This document shows, one piece after another, positions 1 to 12,500 of a DNA stretch of 64,000 nt; the first letter of the stretch is position 1; each line of letters opens with the position of its first letter. The notes under the pieces are model-generated. The model did no database searches and was not told the origin of the DNA. It worked only from the letters and a program-made list of their open reading frames with translations. The stretch comes from a virus. The DNA lies in the IMG/VR virus record IMGVR_UViG_3300000976_000009, positions 269,151-333,150 of that record; one strand, written 5' to 3'. Made by a program: the position numbers and the translations under genes.

Positions 1-1957
1 TTGTTAACCCAAATTACAAATTAGTAACCGAAGATATTGAATTTTCTGAAATTGTTAAAGTACAAAAATTAGAGTATATTGATGATGAAGGTAATAATAT
101 TTGGAAAGATTCTGACGGTGATTTTTTGAATGATTCAAAGACAAAAGAGGTAATTACAACATTAACCGCAAAAGGTGTTACTTCAATTATTAAATATGTT
201 GGTTCAGATGTGCCAAAAGGATGTAATTACCGAGTACAAATAGATGTTACTGATAATGGTGGTAGACATAGAACTAATTTAGTCTACAAAATGCAGTATA
301 AAGGGACTAATGTTGATTATACTGATGGTAACAGAAAATATACTGTTGCTAAAACGGTTAATGAAAGAATTATTCAACACGTTGAATGGAAAAAAGCTGA
401 AATTGAAAGAGAAATTCAACAAAATAGTTTAAAAACTAGGGCATTAGCTAAAGCCAAAAGCCAATATATTAATTCTAATGTTATACTTAGTGAATATTAT
501 ATAAGAAATAGTAATAGTACTTATGATATGCTTATTGTTACTTTAAGTAATGGAATTGAAGTTGAACTTACTTTTAGTGAAAGAGACAATGTTATTAAAT
601 TTTCAATAAGAGACATTAGAAATAAGCATTCTATTAGTGCGGATGGTCTGATTGGAGCCTTGGCTAAGATTTCACCTAAAGAAGCATAAAATGTACGTAG
701 AATTAGATACAGAAGACCTATTAAAGTTAGTTGAAGCAACACCTCCAAGTTATACACAACAACAAACTGAACGTATGTTAGAATTAGGTCGATATTCAAA
801 TACATTTGATAGGTGGATTTGGAACGAGAAAATTAAAGCAATGCCAGATAATAGTTTATATGCGTTGTATAATGAATGTAAAAACGGTAAAGTATGAAAA
901 AATTATTAGTATTGACATTAGTACTAGGTATCTTATTTAGTTGTTCATCTACTGATGATGGGGATAAGGTTAAAAACATTAATTACGAAACTATTAATGT
1001 TGAAGATTATAGTGACAAGATTAGGATTTATAAGTACACAGTAAATAATATGGAGTATCGAGTATTTGTCAATATTGATGGTGGTGGTACAGTGGTTGTT
1101 AACACAACCTTAGAGCAACTAAAAGTTGATGAATTAAAATATGATAAAATGCATAGGTAATATTAGGATAATATATTATTTTATATTATATTTGTATTGT
1201 CATTAAAAACCAAACATTATGTATAACGGAAGAACAATAAGAGAAGCAATGAAGGAAGCACATGAGAACGTAGATAACTACGGTGGTACGTGGTTCGTTT
1301 GTAGTGATGAGTTCAAGTCTGTTGTGAAAGAATCTTATTTTATAACTGATGAGGGTGACCGTAAAGTTAAACCATTCGTGTGTCTATATAACACTAATGA
1401 TATGAAGTATGGTTTCCATAAAGTCCAATGGGTTAATGGCGAGATTGTCATTGATACTGATGATAGATTAGAGGAAAGATTCTTCCAACCATATGACACA
1501 AAATTTGTTGAAGAAACAGTTGTACATAAGAAACGTAGTATTGGGGTATCTACTACCTCTCCAATAACGATTGGTGACCCACACGTTGGGACTTCTATTG
1601 CCTTAGCTAAAAGTCTAGAAATTGCAAGAATGCATGATAGGTTAAAAGATACCATGTCTCTACCAACTGGTAATTTGATTGAAAAATCTAAAGAGCGTGG
1701 TATTGATATTAAAAATACCTCAAAACCATTTATTATTAATAACCCATATGAGGGTATGAAAAATTGGTTTGATGAACCATACGTTGAACCTAAAGTGTTT
1801 GATATGGCAACTGGTAAAATGAAACCATTACCAGTTAGTGGTTCAATTAGTGAAGAGAAGCGAAAAGCTTTAAGGAAAAAAAGAAAGAAAAGACGTAAAT
1901 GATTTGGTTTATTAAATTATTATTCTTATATTTGAATTGTTATTAAAAACCAACATT

Positions 1958-2626
1958 ATGCGAACAGAATTAGAAAAAAAATTAGCAATTCTTACATTTA
2001 AAAAAGAGAGAGAAATTGTTCAAGAAATTACTTTATTTGGTGATAATAACCACACAATAATTGATTATTCAATTGATGTAATTGAAGGTAAATATGATGA
2101 AGATGAAATCTATAACTTAGAAGAAGAAGAAGTTATTACTGAGGGGGAGCGTTCAAGTATTATTGAAGTTTGCTATTGGGTGACAGGTAATGGTGAGGAA
2201 TTAGTCGATTTGCTTTGGAATGAGGAAAGCCTAGTTACTGAGTTACCAAATGAAAGTAAAGTTGTTAGTCAGAAGCATTGTGCTAAGACTTGCAAAGAAT
2301 GTCCGTTTTCAAATACTTCACTACCAGGTTGGTTGTCAGATTATACTGGGCAAGATATACTTAATTTCAAAAATGCTGAGGCAAGTTTCCCTTGTCATAT
2401 GCAAATGACTGATGGTGATTTGTCAGTAGAGCAAACTCAACAAGCAATTGATAAAGGTGAAATGAAACTTTGTCGAGGATATGTTGAATTTGTCATTAAG
2501 TCATGCAAGCAAGTTACTAAAAACGAGCAACTAGCAAAAGCAATTGAAGAAGTTAAAGCGGATGGATTGTCTGACCACACAATGAGTATGTTTGAATTTT
2601 TTAAGCACCATAAATTAGAAGTTTAA
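1958..2626 (+). CDS. Hypothetical protein with C-terminal Cys/His metal-binding domain (CKECPF...FPCH...LCRG)
   Basis: Motif seen in translation; a related motif occurs in ORF 40419-40625. Start moved to the ATG after the promoter and leader. Confidence 0.5.
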   Translation: MRTELEKKLAILTFKKEREIVQEITLFGDNNHTIIDYSIDVIEGKYDEDEIYNLEEEEVITEGERSSIIEVCYWVTGNGEELVDLLWNEESLVTELPNESKVVSQKHCAKTCKECPFSNTSLPGWLSDYTGQDILNFKNAEASFPCHMQMTDGDLSVEQTQQAIDKGEMKLCRGYVEFVIKSCKQVTKNEQLAKAIEEVKADGLSDHTMSMFEFFKHHKLEV

Positions 2627-4153
2627 AGTATAATATTATACTTTTTTATATATGGAATTTAAAGCTAAATACTGTGAGCATACTGGTAAATTCTGCTATT
2701 CTAGTGAAGCAAAAGCTATTAGGGCTAAGATTCGATACACAGATATTAAGCGAACCTATTATTGTACCCGTTGTGATTCTTGGCATATAACTAGTCAGTC
2801 ATATGAGGCATATACTGGTAAAAAAAAGAAGAAAGATAAAGCTCCCTCAATTAGTGATATTAAAAAGAAGATTGCTAGTTTGGATAAGAGGATTAAAAAG
2901 AAGGGTGCTAAAAATAAATGATAAAAGTATTGTACATCCCAAAATTTATTACTATCTTTGCATTAAATAACAAGATAGTTAATATCAAATTAGATGGGCG
3001 AACCAATATATGTCTTCGATGAAGAAGGTGCAAGATTTTTAGTAACCAACGTTAATGCAATGTTGGAAGAAATGCCAGATGAAGGATTAGAAGTGATTTA
3101 TAAATCAACAAGGTATTTTCACGAATTTAATAAAACTGTTCTACAATTAATGGACAGAGGAATAATCCAACAAACTGAGGGTAACCCTTATGATGTTGAA
3201 GGTGTTGAAAGAGGACTAACAGCTTTTGCCGACAAAATAACTGAAAAATTAGGTGGTGATAAGTTAATTCAATATAATGAGGAAACTGATGCACAATGGG
3301 AAGCAAATAAACCTAAAGGTTTTGAACTACCACCAGAAGAATCTGGAGAAGAGGAATAAAAAAAAACGACATAAATTTGTTTATGTCGTTTTTTTGTTTT
3401 ACATTTGTTGTATGGAGTTCACAGTAAAAATCACCAAGAAAGATGTTATTATTGGAGTACTAACTAGTTTACTACTAATAGTCACATTCTGCAAAGTGAG
3501 ATGGGGTGATGAACCTAACACAACGTCAAACATTCTCCAATACGGAATGATTGATGATGATATAAATTATACTATTATATACGACCAAGTTAACAATGTT
3601 AGTAAGGTATCAGCTGAGCTATTCGGTAATAGCGATACCATTAACGTTGATGGTGTTTATTTTGTTAAAATTAAACCCGTGTCTGATGCTAAGACACGAG
3701 CAATAATATTAAGGGAAAGAAATGAAGATAGAGATTCAATTAAAGTTATACGTGGTTAGAAATGCCAAAGGGCAATTTTTTAGAAGCAAAGGATATGGTG
3801 GATACGGTAAGACGTGGGTAGATGATATTCAGAAGGCTAAGGTATACACTAAGATTGGGCAAGCACGAAGTCGTGTGACTTGGTTTGCTAACACATACCC
3901 AGAATATGGTATTGCTGATGTAGTCGAGTTGGATGTTACTTCTGGTACTGTATTGAATGAAGGTGATAGAGTACGCAAGGCTCAAATTAAGAAGAAACGT
4001 GCTGAGTTGGAGTACCAGATTCGTTCTGCTCAACGTAGAGTTGAGGAAGCTAGAAACGTCCTTAATGACACTGAGAATCAGAAGGCTAAGTTCGAAAAAG
4101 AGCAAAAGAATTTGGATGATTTACGAGAAGTCTTAAAAAAAATTGAAGATTAA

Positions 4154-4185
4154 TTTGGTAGATTCAAATTAATTACTTATATTTG
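4154..4185 (+). promoter_or_regulatory. Bacteroidota sigmaA-type promoter (-33 TTTG, -7 TATATTTG); representative of dozens of copies
   Basis: TTTG at 4154, 20-nt spacer, TATATTTG at 4178-4185; matches the established Bacteroidota consensus. Confidence 0.85.
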
Positions 4186-4899
4186 TAATGTAGATATGAT
4201 AAGCTAGATAAAAAGGTACTGACCGCTACAGGAAGAACTACCAACTAGATGTCGGGGTATTGACCCTCACTGCCACCTAAAGTCAATCGAAACTGGAACG
4301 TATGTCAGTGGAGCTAAAGGGGTGGAATCTATACATCATTAAAAACCAACAAGAAATGAGTGATACAAAAAAAGTAGTAGAAAAAAAAACAACACCAACT
4401 GAGGTAGTATTTAACCTTATTAGTACTTTGATATTGATTGGGTCTGATATTGACCTAAAAGCAATGTTTACTGAACAAGGTAAATATAGTGATGACTTCA
4501 AGATGCACGTAACTATGGCAAGAGGTGGTTTATTTAAAAAGTCTGCTGAGAAATTTGTCAAAGGTATTTTCACAAATGTAATTCTAAAACGAAAAGAGTA
4601 TTTGGATGCATACATTACCATTGAGGCTAAAGAGTTAGCTAAAACTGAAAAGAAGTTACCAAAATGGTATGGTAAGAAGCAATTACTTGCTGATATTGAA
4701 AGCCAAGAAGGTGAAATGAGTGAACAACAAAGAATGATGTTGAAAGTCAATGATTTGAAAAACATTTTCTCTAAGTTAAACCGTAAAGGTATTAATAATT
4801 GTCTTGGAGATGGAAAAATGACTGACAAAGAATGTCGTGATGTCATTGCTTCAATTACCCAAATGGAGAATAAACTTAAAGACATACTATAAGATATAT

Positions 4900-5079
4900 T
4901 GGGGTGTGGTGAAAAGGTAGACACGCCAGTCTGATGTACTGGTGCAGCGAGAAGCGGGTATAATACTGCGGACAGGTGAATACCATAATGCCTACTAATA
5001 GTTAGACTATAAACTGAGTCCGAATGGATAGGTGTAGGGGAGAAAGTTTGGCATGGAGGTTCGATTCCTTCCACCCCAA
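4900..5079 (+). ncRNA. tRNA-like RNA with ~110-nt variable arm (GAT in anticodon position)
   Basis: Acceptor TGGGGTG/CACCCCA, D-arm GTGAAAAGGTAGACAC, anticodon arm CCAGT-CTGATGT-ACTGG, T-arm GGAGG-TTCGATT-CCTTC, 3' A-CAA. Confidence 0.8.
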
Positions 5080-5081
5080 CA

Positions 5082-5308
5082 AAATTAATTTGAGAAAAGC
5101 GAAAGCTAAACTAAAAGTACTAGGAAATTACCACCTAGGAATCGCTGAGTAAGGAGTAGGCAGATGGTCTCTGTTATACAACGTTGAAATTCGAATAACC
5201 TAAAAGCGAGGGTGTAGTTGAGATGAATAGGGGGCTTCATTGCTTGTGACTGAGGAAAAGGTCATTACTGATAGCAACTTGTATCTGCACATTTCTTCAA
5301 ATTAATTT
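5082..5308 (+). ncRNA. Putative structured ncRNA
   Basis: 12-bp closing inverted repeat AAATTAATTTGA/TCAAATTAATTT, internal GCAGAT/ATCTGC, CTAGG/CCTAG, AGC-GAAA-GCT tetraloop; raised GC; no ORF. Confidence 0.55.
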
Positions 5309-5790
5309 GTTTTTACGAATTATTATTCTTATATTTGTATTAACATTAAAACCAACAATGATAAAAACAAATAATACAGTAATTTCAGACAAACACTTTG
5401 ACACAATATCTAACCTATTGGATGGAACTGATTTCAATGGTGTAGATTATGATAAAAGTAAGTCACTATTCGAATATGGATTTGTATATGATGGTAGAAG
5501 TAATTCTTTAATTTCAACTCATACATTAGATATTTGGAATGATAAAGAAGCCCCAATACGGTTTGGGGTGGTTGAATTAACCTTAGATAGAATTGATGAT
5601 GTATTCAATGAAAATTCAGAACAAATATTATCTGAGACAAACACAACCTTAATAGAATGGGATGAATTATGTGATTCATATAAGATTAACCTAATTGAAA
5701 ATACATGTGGTGGTCTAAACCTTAGCGGTATGAAGATGGATGTAACTAGTGAGAAATTGATTCAATATTTAAAAACTAAAATAGATTAAA

Positions 5791-6069
5791 ATGGATATTG
5801 GTAAAACATTTGAAGATGCACAAGCACTAAGCAAAGAGCATGAAAATTTTGAAGCACCAACATTGGAAGATTTAGCTGATGTTAAGGTTGGTGATACTGT
5901 GAAGGTATGTATGTCACCAGAAAGATTCTGGGCTGAGATTACTAAGGTGGATGGTGAAAAGCTTGAGGCTAGAGTAGATAATAACTTATTTCATGGTGAT
6001 GAGTTTGGATTCGATTTCAACGACACTATTAAATTTGAAAAAAGAAACATTTATTCCGTTTTTGGATAA
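5791..6069 (+). CDS. DUF2314-like small protein
   Basis: ERFWAEI...ARVDN motif resembles DUF2314 (from recall; no search run). Confidence 0.45.
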   Translation: MDIGKTFEDAQALSKEHENFEAPTLEDLADVKVGDTVKVCMSPERFWAEITKVDGEKLEARVDNNLFHGDEFGFDFNDTIKFEKRNIYSVFG

Positions 6070-6086
6070 AAATAATTATGAATATA

Positions 6087-6118
6087 TTTGGTAGTGTCAA
6101 AACTATTACTTATATTTG
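6087..6118 (+). promoter_or_regulatory. Promoter driving ~940-nt non-coding cassette
   Basis: TTTG-N20-TATATTTG with no ORF >=60 aa until 7160. Confidence 0.8.
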
Positions 6119-6261
6119 TAATGTCAACAAAGGATAACGTACTCAACGGTAAGTAGTGTCTGAGAGCCAGAGTGAAACTGGTAAGGAGGTTCGTAAGCGA
6201 TTTAGTTCGAATTGAGAATGCAAAGTGCCTATCCCTCCTAATTATTCCAATGTTGATAAAT

Positions 6262-6449
6262 GGTGATTGTAAAAAGGTGGGTAGTTAGTAAACTAGTTAA
6301 AAAACACAGAATTACGTAATAAGTGTTCAATATATACTAGTGTGAAGGCGAGCAAATTGGATAGCGTATCCCACGCCCAAAGCAAAAGACTAAGCTAGAA
6401 ACAGTCTATTGTCGTGGAATTGAAAAAGGTTCAACTCCTTACTTCACCA
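6262..6449 (+). ncRNA. Expanded tRNA-like RNA
   Basis: (T)GGTGA/TCACC(A) terminal stem, T-arm AAGG-TTCAACT-CCTT, 3' A-CAA, internal GTGGG/CCCAC and CTAGT/ACTAG stems. Confidence 0.6.
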
Positions 6450-6454
6450 CAAAA

Positions 6455-6655
6455 CGTCTGGTGTCAGATTAGATTCTATAGATGACTACATGGTTATTCA
6501 TGTCTGAGCAAGTTATCGTGGTAACACTAAGTATAGGATATTGATTTGGTGACAAATATTATATAATATATTTCTGAAAATAGATTTAGTCGCTCAGATA
6601 GATTGAAAATAAGAATGTTTTATATAAGTTGTAGGTTCGATTCCTTCCCAGATGA
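6455..6655 (+). ncRNA. Expanded tRNA-like RNA (giant variable arm)
   Basis: Acceptor CGTCTGG/CCAGATG, hairpin ACATG-GTTATT-CATGT, long arm closed by TCTGAGC/GCTCAGA, T-arm GTAGG-TTCGATT-CCTTC, 3' A-CTA. Confidence 0.7.
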
Positions 6656-6663
6656 CTAAATAT

Positions 6664-6798
6664 GTTTTAATGGTGTGAGCATTAAATAAATGGAGAGTAC
6701 TTGAAATTTATTTATGTATTAGTCTAAGAGATAATTGGCATTAATCACATACGCATAAAGCAAGCACTTTATGTAGGGTTCGAATCCCCAATAGGACA
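6664..6798 (+). ncRNA. Expanded tRNA-like RNA (giant D-arm)
   Basis: Acceptor GTTTTA/TAGGAC with G-U pairs, GTGTGA/TCACAT closing a large insert, hairpin GCATAAAG-CAAGCA-CTTTATGT, T-arm GGG-TTCGAAT-CCC, 3' A-CAA. Confidence 0.65.
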
Positions 6799-7599
6799 CA
6801 AATTGAACTAACTGATAAGGGAACTCAATGACCCAGATAGACTTGGATAGAGGATAACGTAAGGGAATATGTGTGGTGGTATAACGAGATAGTAGGACTG
6901 AAACCTATAATACCATCTAAGTGATGGGAACAGTAAAAAGCCCACATATATTTGTTCTTTTAAATTAAAAATGTTAAGAGTTTTAGCATCATAGCTCGGT
7001 TGATATGGTTTAGAAAATAGTTTTACGTAGACTATACCACCCTTCCAAAACAGATGTTTTTTAAATTAAATGCAAATAAATTAGGAATAACCAAATAAAG
7101 TTCTTATATTTGTATTATCAGTTTAACCAATTAATAATAACCAATAAAAAGTAACTAATATGAAAAATAATTATTTATTAAGTGAGAAAGATTCTAACCA
7201 AGTATTTGCAGTAATTAAAGAAGTTGAACCAATTTCAGCACTTAGAAATACCGAATTAATTAATAAGGTTGGTATAGCTATTGAAGAAGAGTTTTGTTAT
7301 GAAGAAAAAGTTAAAGTAATTCATGATAGTTTTAGTGAAATGGGTGGAACACTTTATATGTCTTTCAAATGCGTTGGAGATTGTGATGAAGAAGAAATTA
7401 GAGAAGTAGAATTAAATTTAACTACAATATATTAAGTTTTATTTATAAAATACTAAAAGTTGTATGTGTTATATCATACGTTTTAGTTTATTTGGTTTAT
7501 GGGGCAATGTGGTGTTGCCCCAATTTTCTAAAAATAATTGTAAAAATTAGGAATAACCAAATAAAGTTGTTATATTTGTACCACACATAAATTAAAAAT

Positions 7600-7926
7600 A
7601 TGAAAAAAGGATTTATTATAGTACTAGTTCTTGGACTAATTTTAGCATACCCAATTGCAAAATTTTCAAGTGTTGAAGTAATTGAAGTAACCATTACTGA
7701 TAAAGAAAGAATTTCAACAGGGAGTGGTGATGATTTAGAACATAAATTCCTAATATATACTAAAAATGAAGTATTCGAAAATACTGATGCTTTATTTCAA
7801 ATGAAATGGAATAGTACTGATGTTCAAAATGATTTGAAAAAAGATTCAACTTATAAAGTTAAAGTATGGGGTTGGAGGATGCCGTTTTTCTCAACCTATA
7901 GAAATATTATTTCAATTGAAAATTAG
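7600..7926 (+). CDS. Membrane-anchored DUF1523-like phage protein
   Basis: N-terminal hydrophobic helix; ENTD...KWNSTDVQ...GWRMPFFSTYRNI pattern. Confidence 0.45.
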   Translation: MKKGFIIVLVLGLILAYPIAKFSSVEVIEVTITDKERISTGSGDDLEHKFLIYTKNEVFENTDALFQMKWNSTDVQNDLKKDSTYKVKVWGWRMPFFSTYRNIISIEN

Positions 7927-8294
7927 GAATAACCAAATAAATTATGTATCTTTATGTTATGGATAACGTGATGTTTAATGAAGAATTTGAAGTTGAAGTC
8001 TTAGAGCATTTCACTTACGCTCAACTAGAATATTTTTCCAATACCTTAGTAAATGCTATTAAGGATTTGGAAGAGATAAAAATGATGGCTGTTCTTTGTC
8101 AAAAAGATAAAGTAGCTGTCGAGTACCAAAGGTACATACACATAGCTAGAGCAAACCGAGAGGCAATGCTTGTTGTTATGTTAGCTAAAGAAGGTGATGT
8201 TTGTGAACATACAGATATTGAAACTGTTTGGCTAAACTAAATTGCACTTAATCCTCCGCTCGGAGGTAATTCATAAGTGGTTTTAATGATGACA

Positions 8295-8322
8295 GAAAAG
8301 GCGAGGTGGTTCTCGCCTTTTC
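8295..8322 (+). terminator. Intrinsic terminator hairpin
   Basis: GAAAAGGCGAG-N6-CTCGCCTTTTC perfect 11-bp stem after ORF 7944-8240. Confidence 0.7.
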
Positions 8323-9110
8323 GCTTATATAATAAAATTTAATAAATGATTAGTTAATTCGTTAAATTTTATGTATATTTGTAATATGAGTATAGATATT
8401 AAAGAAAACAGATTATCAAAAGATTGGGGTAATCTATTAGCAGCTTTCATTGGTGAAAATCATAACGACTGGGTTATTGCTAAAGAAAAAGGTATTGAAA
8501 AAGCTATAATAGAATTATTAAGTCATATAGGTATTCGTGCTATTGTTAAAACAGATAGATATAGCCTACCTTATACACATTCAGTTAGTGTTTCTAATGG
8601 ACAAAGTTCATATATACCAGATATATATGATACGACTATGTTAAGACGTAAATTACTTAAAGAAGTCATAGATATGAATACTAATAAAATCAGATTTTAT
8701 GTTTACATCCACACAACTGATGGCATAGGAGAAGGGTTTAAAAATATCTTTACTAGAAAATTCAATATTGAAATTAGATTTTATCCACATTAATGAAGTC
8801 AATTAATCAAATATTTAGAACAAATCCAGACCTAATGAATGAATCAGAGGTCAAAGAATTAATCGAGTACGCACAAGAACTTGAAGAAGAAGTGATTGAA
8901 TCTAACCAATCGAAACAATGGAGTTTTGAAGATAAATTAACTGAGTTAACTAGGGATGTTTTTAGAGGATTAAAAGATATTGAAAAGCAAGAAAATGAGC
9001 ATAATCGTTGGGGTGATGAATTTCCTAAACCAAATTATGAGGAATCATTTAAAAACCTAAAACAGTATTTCTTAAATTTTGCAAAAGATAATAATTTTAG
9101 ATTATAATTT

Positions 9111-9587
9111 ATGAATATATTTGTACTAGATACTAATGTTAATAAGTGTGCTGAGTATCATAATAATAAACATGTTGTTAAAATGGTACTTGAAACAGCA
9201 CAATTACTTTGTGGTGTTCACCATATGACTAAAGGTGAAAAAGATATAGAAAACATTCCATATAGATTATCTCATAAGAATCACCCATGTGCAATATGGG
9301 CAAGGACTTGTATTGAAAATTATATTTGGTTATGTAAGTTAGGTATAGCACTTAGTGAAGAATATACTGTTAGATATGGTAAAACACATAAATCTCAGCA
9401 AGTAATTCAATGGTGTTATGATAATTTACCCAACATTAATAGTAATGGTCAAATGAGTGAGTTTCCATTAGCTATGCCAGAAGAATGTAAAAAAGACACA
9501 GCAGTTAATTCATATCGTAATTACTATATGACTGAAAAGCGTAATATTGCTGATTGGAAATGTTCAAAACCATTTTGGTATAAATAA
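9111..9587 (+). CDS. Pyrimidine-dimer DNA glycosylase / endonuclease V-like protein
   Basis: MNIFVLD...HVVKMVLETAQLL...HKNHPCAIW...EEYTVRYGKTHKS...AMPEE signature. Confidence 0.85.
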   Translation: MNIFVLDTNVNKCAEYHNNKHVVKMVLETAQLLCGVHHMTKGEKDIENIPYRLSHKNHPCAIWARTCIENYIWLCKLGIALSEEYTVRYGKTHKSQQVIQWCYDNLPNINSNGQMSEFPLAMPEECKKDTAVNSYRNYYMTEKRNIADWKCSKPFWYK

Positions 9588-12500
9588 ATTTGGTAGATTC
9601 AAATATTATTCTTATATTTGTATTGTCATTAAAAACCAAATTGAATGGGAATATTAGATAATATAGGTAATTTTAGGGTTGGTGGCTCAATTGATGCACA
9701 ATTTCGAACAGGTAATGCCTTAGAACGTATTATGATAGCCTCTGGTCAACAAGTTGGTGGATTCACCTCTTTCTTGACTACATTAGAGCTTTTTGGATAT
9801 CTCCTATTAATGTTTACTGGGATATTCATTATCTGTGCATTCGCAATTATATATATTCTAATATTTGTTGCTAGAGTATGGGGTTACTTATTTCCTTCAA
9901 AAGCTCAAAAAAAGGCATATGCTAAGGCTAAAGCAAATGGTGAGTTCATGAGTGATAAGGAATTAGAACAAAGACTTAACAGATTCGAATTAACAAAAGA
10001 GGAAGAAGAAGAAATTAAAAATATGCATTAATATAAATTCATGGGAAAATTAGATAATAATAATAATAATTGGTTCTCTACAAATGATAATATTGATACA
10101 GGTGTATCGGTATTAATTGGTATTATATTTATACTACTTGGGTTTAAACTCCTTAATGATTTAAATAATAGTGATGAAACTAATGATATTACTATTGATA
10201 CTGAATTAGTTCAATGTATTGAACAGGGATTCATTGACAATAAATTTGTGGTAGATACTACAATGATTGATTATCCAGATTGGGTATATAATGATATGGT
10301 AATAACGTATTATAGTAACAGTTTTATTAGAGTTAGTATTGATAATACTAACATTAATATTAGTGATGATGAAGAAGAAAGAATTAAAACAATTTTAAAC
10401 ACTTATTCCGACTATACTTATGTCGGTACTCAAAGGAGATTAAGAAATAAATTCACAAAAGATTGTAAATAATTATGAAAGAAATGTCTTTATGGGATAA
10501 ACTTCTATTAAAGGGTTTTACCTACAAAATAATAACACACCCATTAAGTTTTTTTGATAAAATTAGAAATTTATTTGGGGCAAATATTAAAGGGAAAAAA
10601 GAAACTAATTTTGAACATCTTATTAAAATAATTAATGGTAAAAGTGTTGAAGTATTTGGTTTAGATATCTGGTATACTAGAGTTACTGTTGATGGTGAAA
10701 CAATATTTGATGCTAGAAGATTTAATGATGATATTTTGTTTGATGCAATAAATAATGCAACAAAAAAACCGACTACTAACAAAGAAGATAAGTGTATCTG
10801 TGATATGAATGCGAATGGTGAGCAAATCGGTGGGTTTTGTTTAAAACATAAGACCGATTGGTTGTAAATTATTAAAAATGCCAAAAAATTTAATTATATT
10901 ATATTTCTCAATATTATGTTTCGTTGCAATTATTGGTTGTGTTGTCTCAATATTCAAGTATAATAAATTATATAAAGTTAATATTGTTGAAGCCAGACCC
11001 AAACTAATTGGTGCTTTAATTAACTTTGGTGTTGCACTTATTTCATTTGTGATAATTCTATTAAACCGATAATGATGTTATATACTATAGTATTTCTTGT
11101 GGCAATTGTCTTACTAATTATTGGTGAGAAACTTAAATTATATAGTAGAGTAACTAGTTTAGTTAGATATAGACTAGATATGATTATTCTTTTATTTGCA
11201 AAGAAATGCCATAAGCAGTTAGAAAAGGATAAGGAAATACACAAAGAAATTATTAAGTCTAATTTCACCAAACAGTATAAGCGAAGTCCATACAGTTGGA
11301 TGTGGTTGATATTACCGCATTGGAGATGGTATCTAGCTAAGTATGAACCTAAAAAATATGCCCAAAGATATTCTGATGCCACTACTGATAGACCACCAAA
11401 ATCTCATCGGTTAAAGTTATGGAAAATTAATGGTTATAAATATAAATTTTATTTACTTAGGAGACTAAAAACTAATTCAATAATTAATAAACATATTAAA
11501 TTAGCACTAGAGGAAAAGAAAAGATAAAAATAGTTGGTTTTACAATAACTTATTCGTATATTTGACTTATGGATTTTTTTATAATATTATTACTACTGAT
11601 TTTTAGTGGATTCATAGGTATTAGTGCCTTAAAGGTACGTAATAAAGTTAAGCGTACTAGGTTTATTGATAATCTACCCAATAATATAATTAAGGATTGG
11701 AGTGCTAACACAAGTAGTTACAAGATAAGTACTTATAATTCTGATGATATAATTGCCGTATATCGTTTTAACAATGGAGATAAAATTAGTCTTTTTAAAA
11801 TTCTTGATAAGAAAGTTATTGTATACGATAAAAAAAGAGGTAGAACAACTAACCATGTTATTTATTCATGGGATTGGAACGAAATTATTAGTGTACTTAA
11901 TAAAGTATTAGATAAAGCTAATGGTGGTTCTAAATACCGTACATCTAACTCAAAACCTAAACCAAAGAAAACTAACCCAAACCACTCACACCCAAAATGG
12001 GATAGATATTGGTCACTTATTCTAACAATTAGACAAAGAACTACAAACCTAGAGAATTACCCTAAAGGTCACCCAGATAGACCTTCAAGAGTTAATGAAT
12101 TGAACTCAGCTAAGAGAAGAGCTAAAGCAATGAAGGAAAGATACAACTTTTAAATACTATACTATATGAATTACATTGTCATTAAAACAATCCCAACTGA
12201 GGAACTAAAAGAACATAAAGATTATATTGGGTATCTATTCAAAAACCAAGATGGTGTTTACAATATATGTGACACTTTGGAAGATATTGTTAAGTCAAAC
12301 CAATGGTCTAACAATAGACCAGTCCATTCAATTATGGTATCGGATGAGCCAATTAAAGTTGGTGATAAAATACTAGTTACTTGTGTTAACCAAGAGATGA
12401 ATGGTAAAACATTTACTTATAATGGTGATGCAACAACAGGTGTCGATTTAACCTCCCTAACTGATAGGGGTGGTAATGAAGTCTTAACAACTAAATTCAT

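Noticed and set aside
4943-5054. Group I or II intron in the tRNA-like genes
   Set aside because: Insert too short, not in the anticodon loop, and no core motifs recognised.
4283-5074. 263-aa minus-strand ORF
   Set aside because: Shadow of the + strand gene and tRNA-like RNA; no promoter and atypical composition. The same applies to most short minus-strand ORFs before 49 kb.
4200-6960. Hammerhead ribozymes (CTGA...GAAA fragments at about 4219, 6160 and 6812)
   Set aside because: Could not assemble CUGANGA-stem-GAAA with the required stems.
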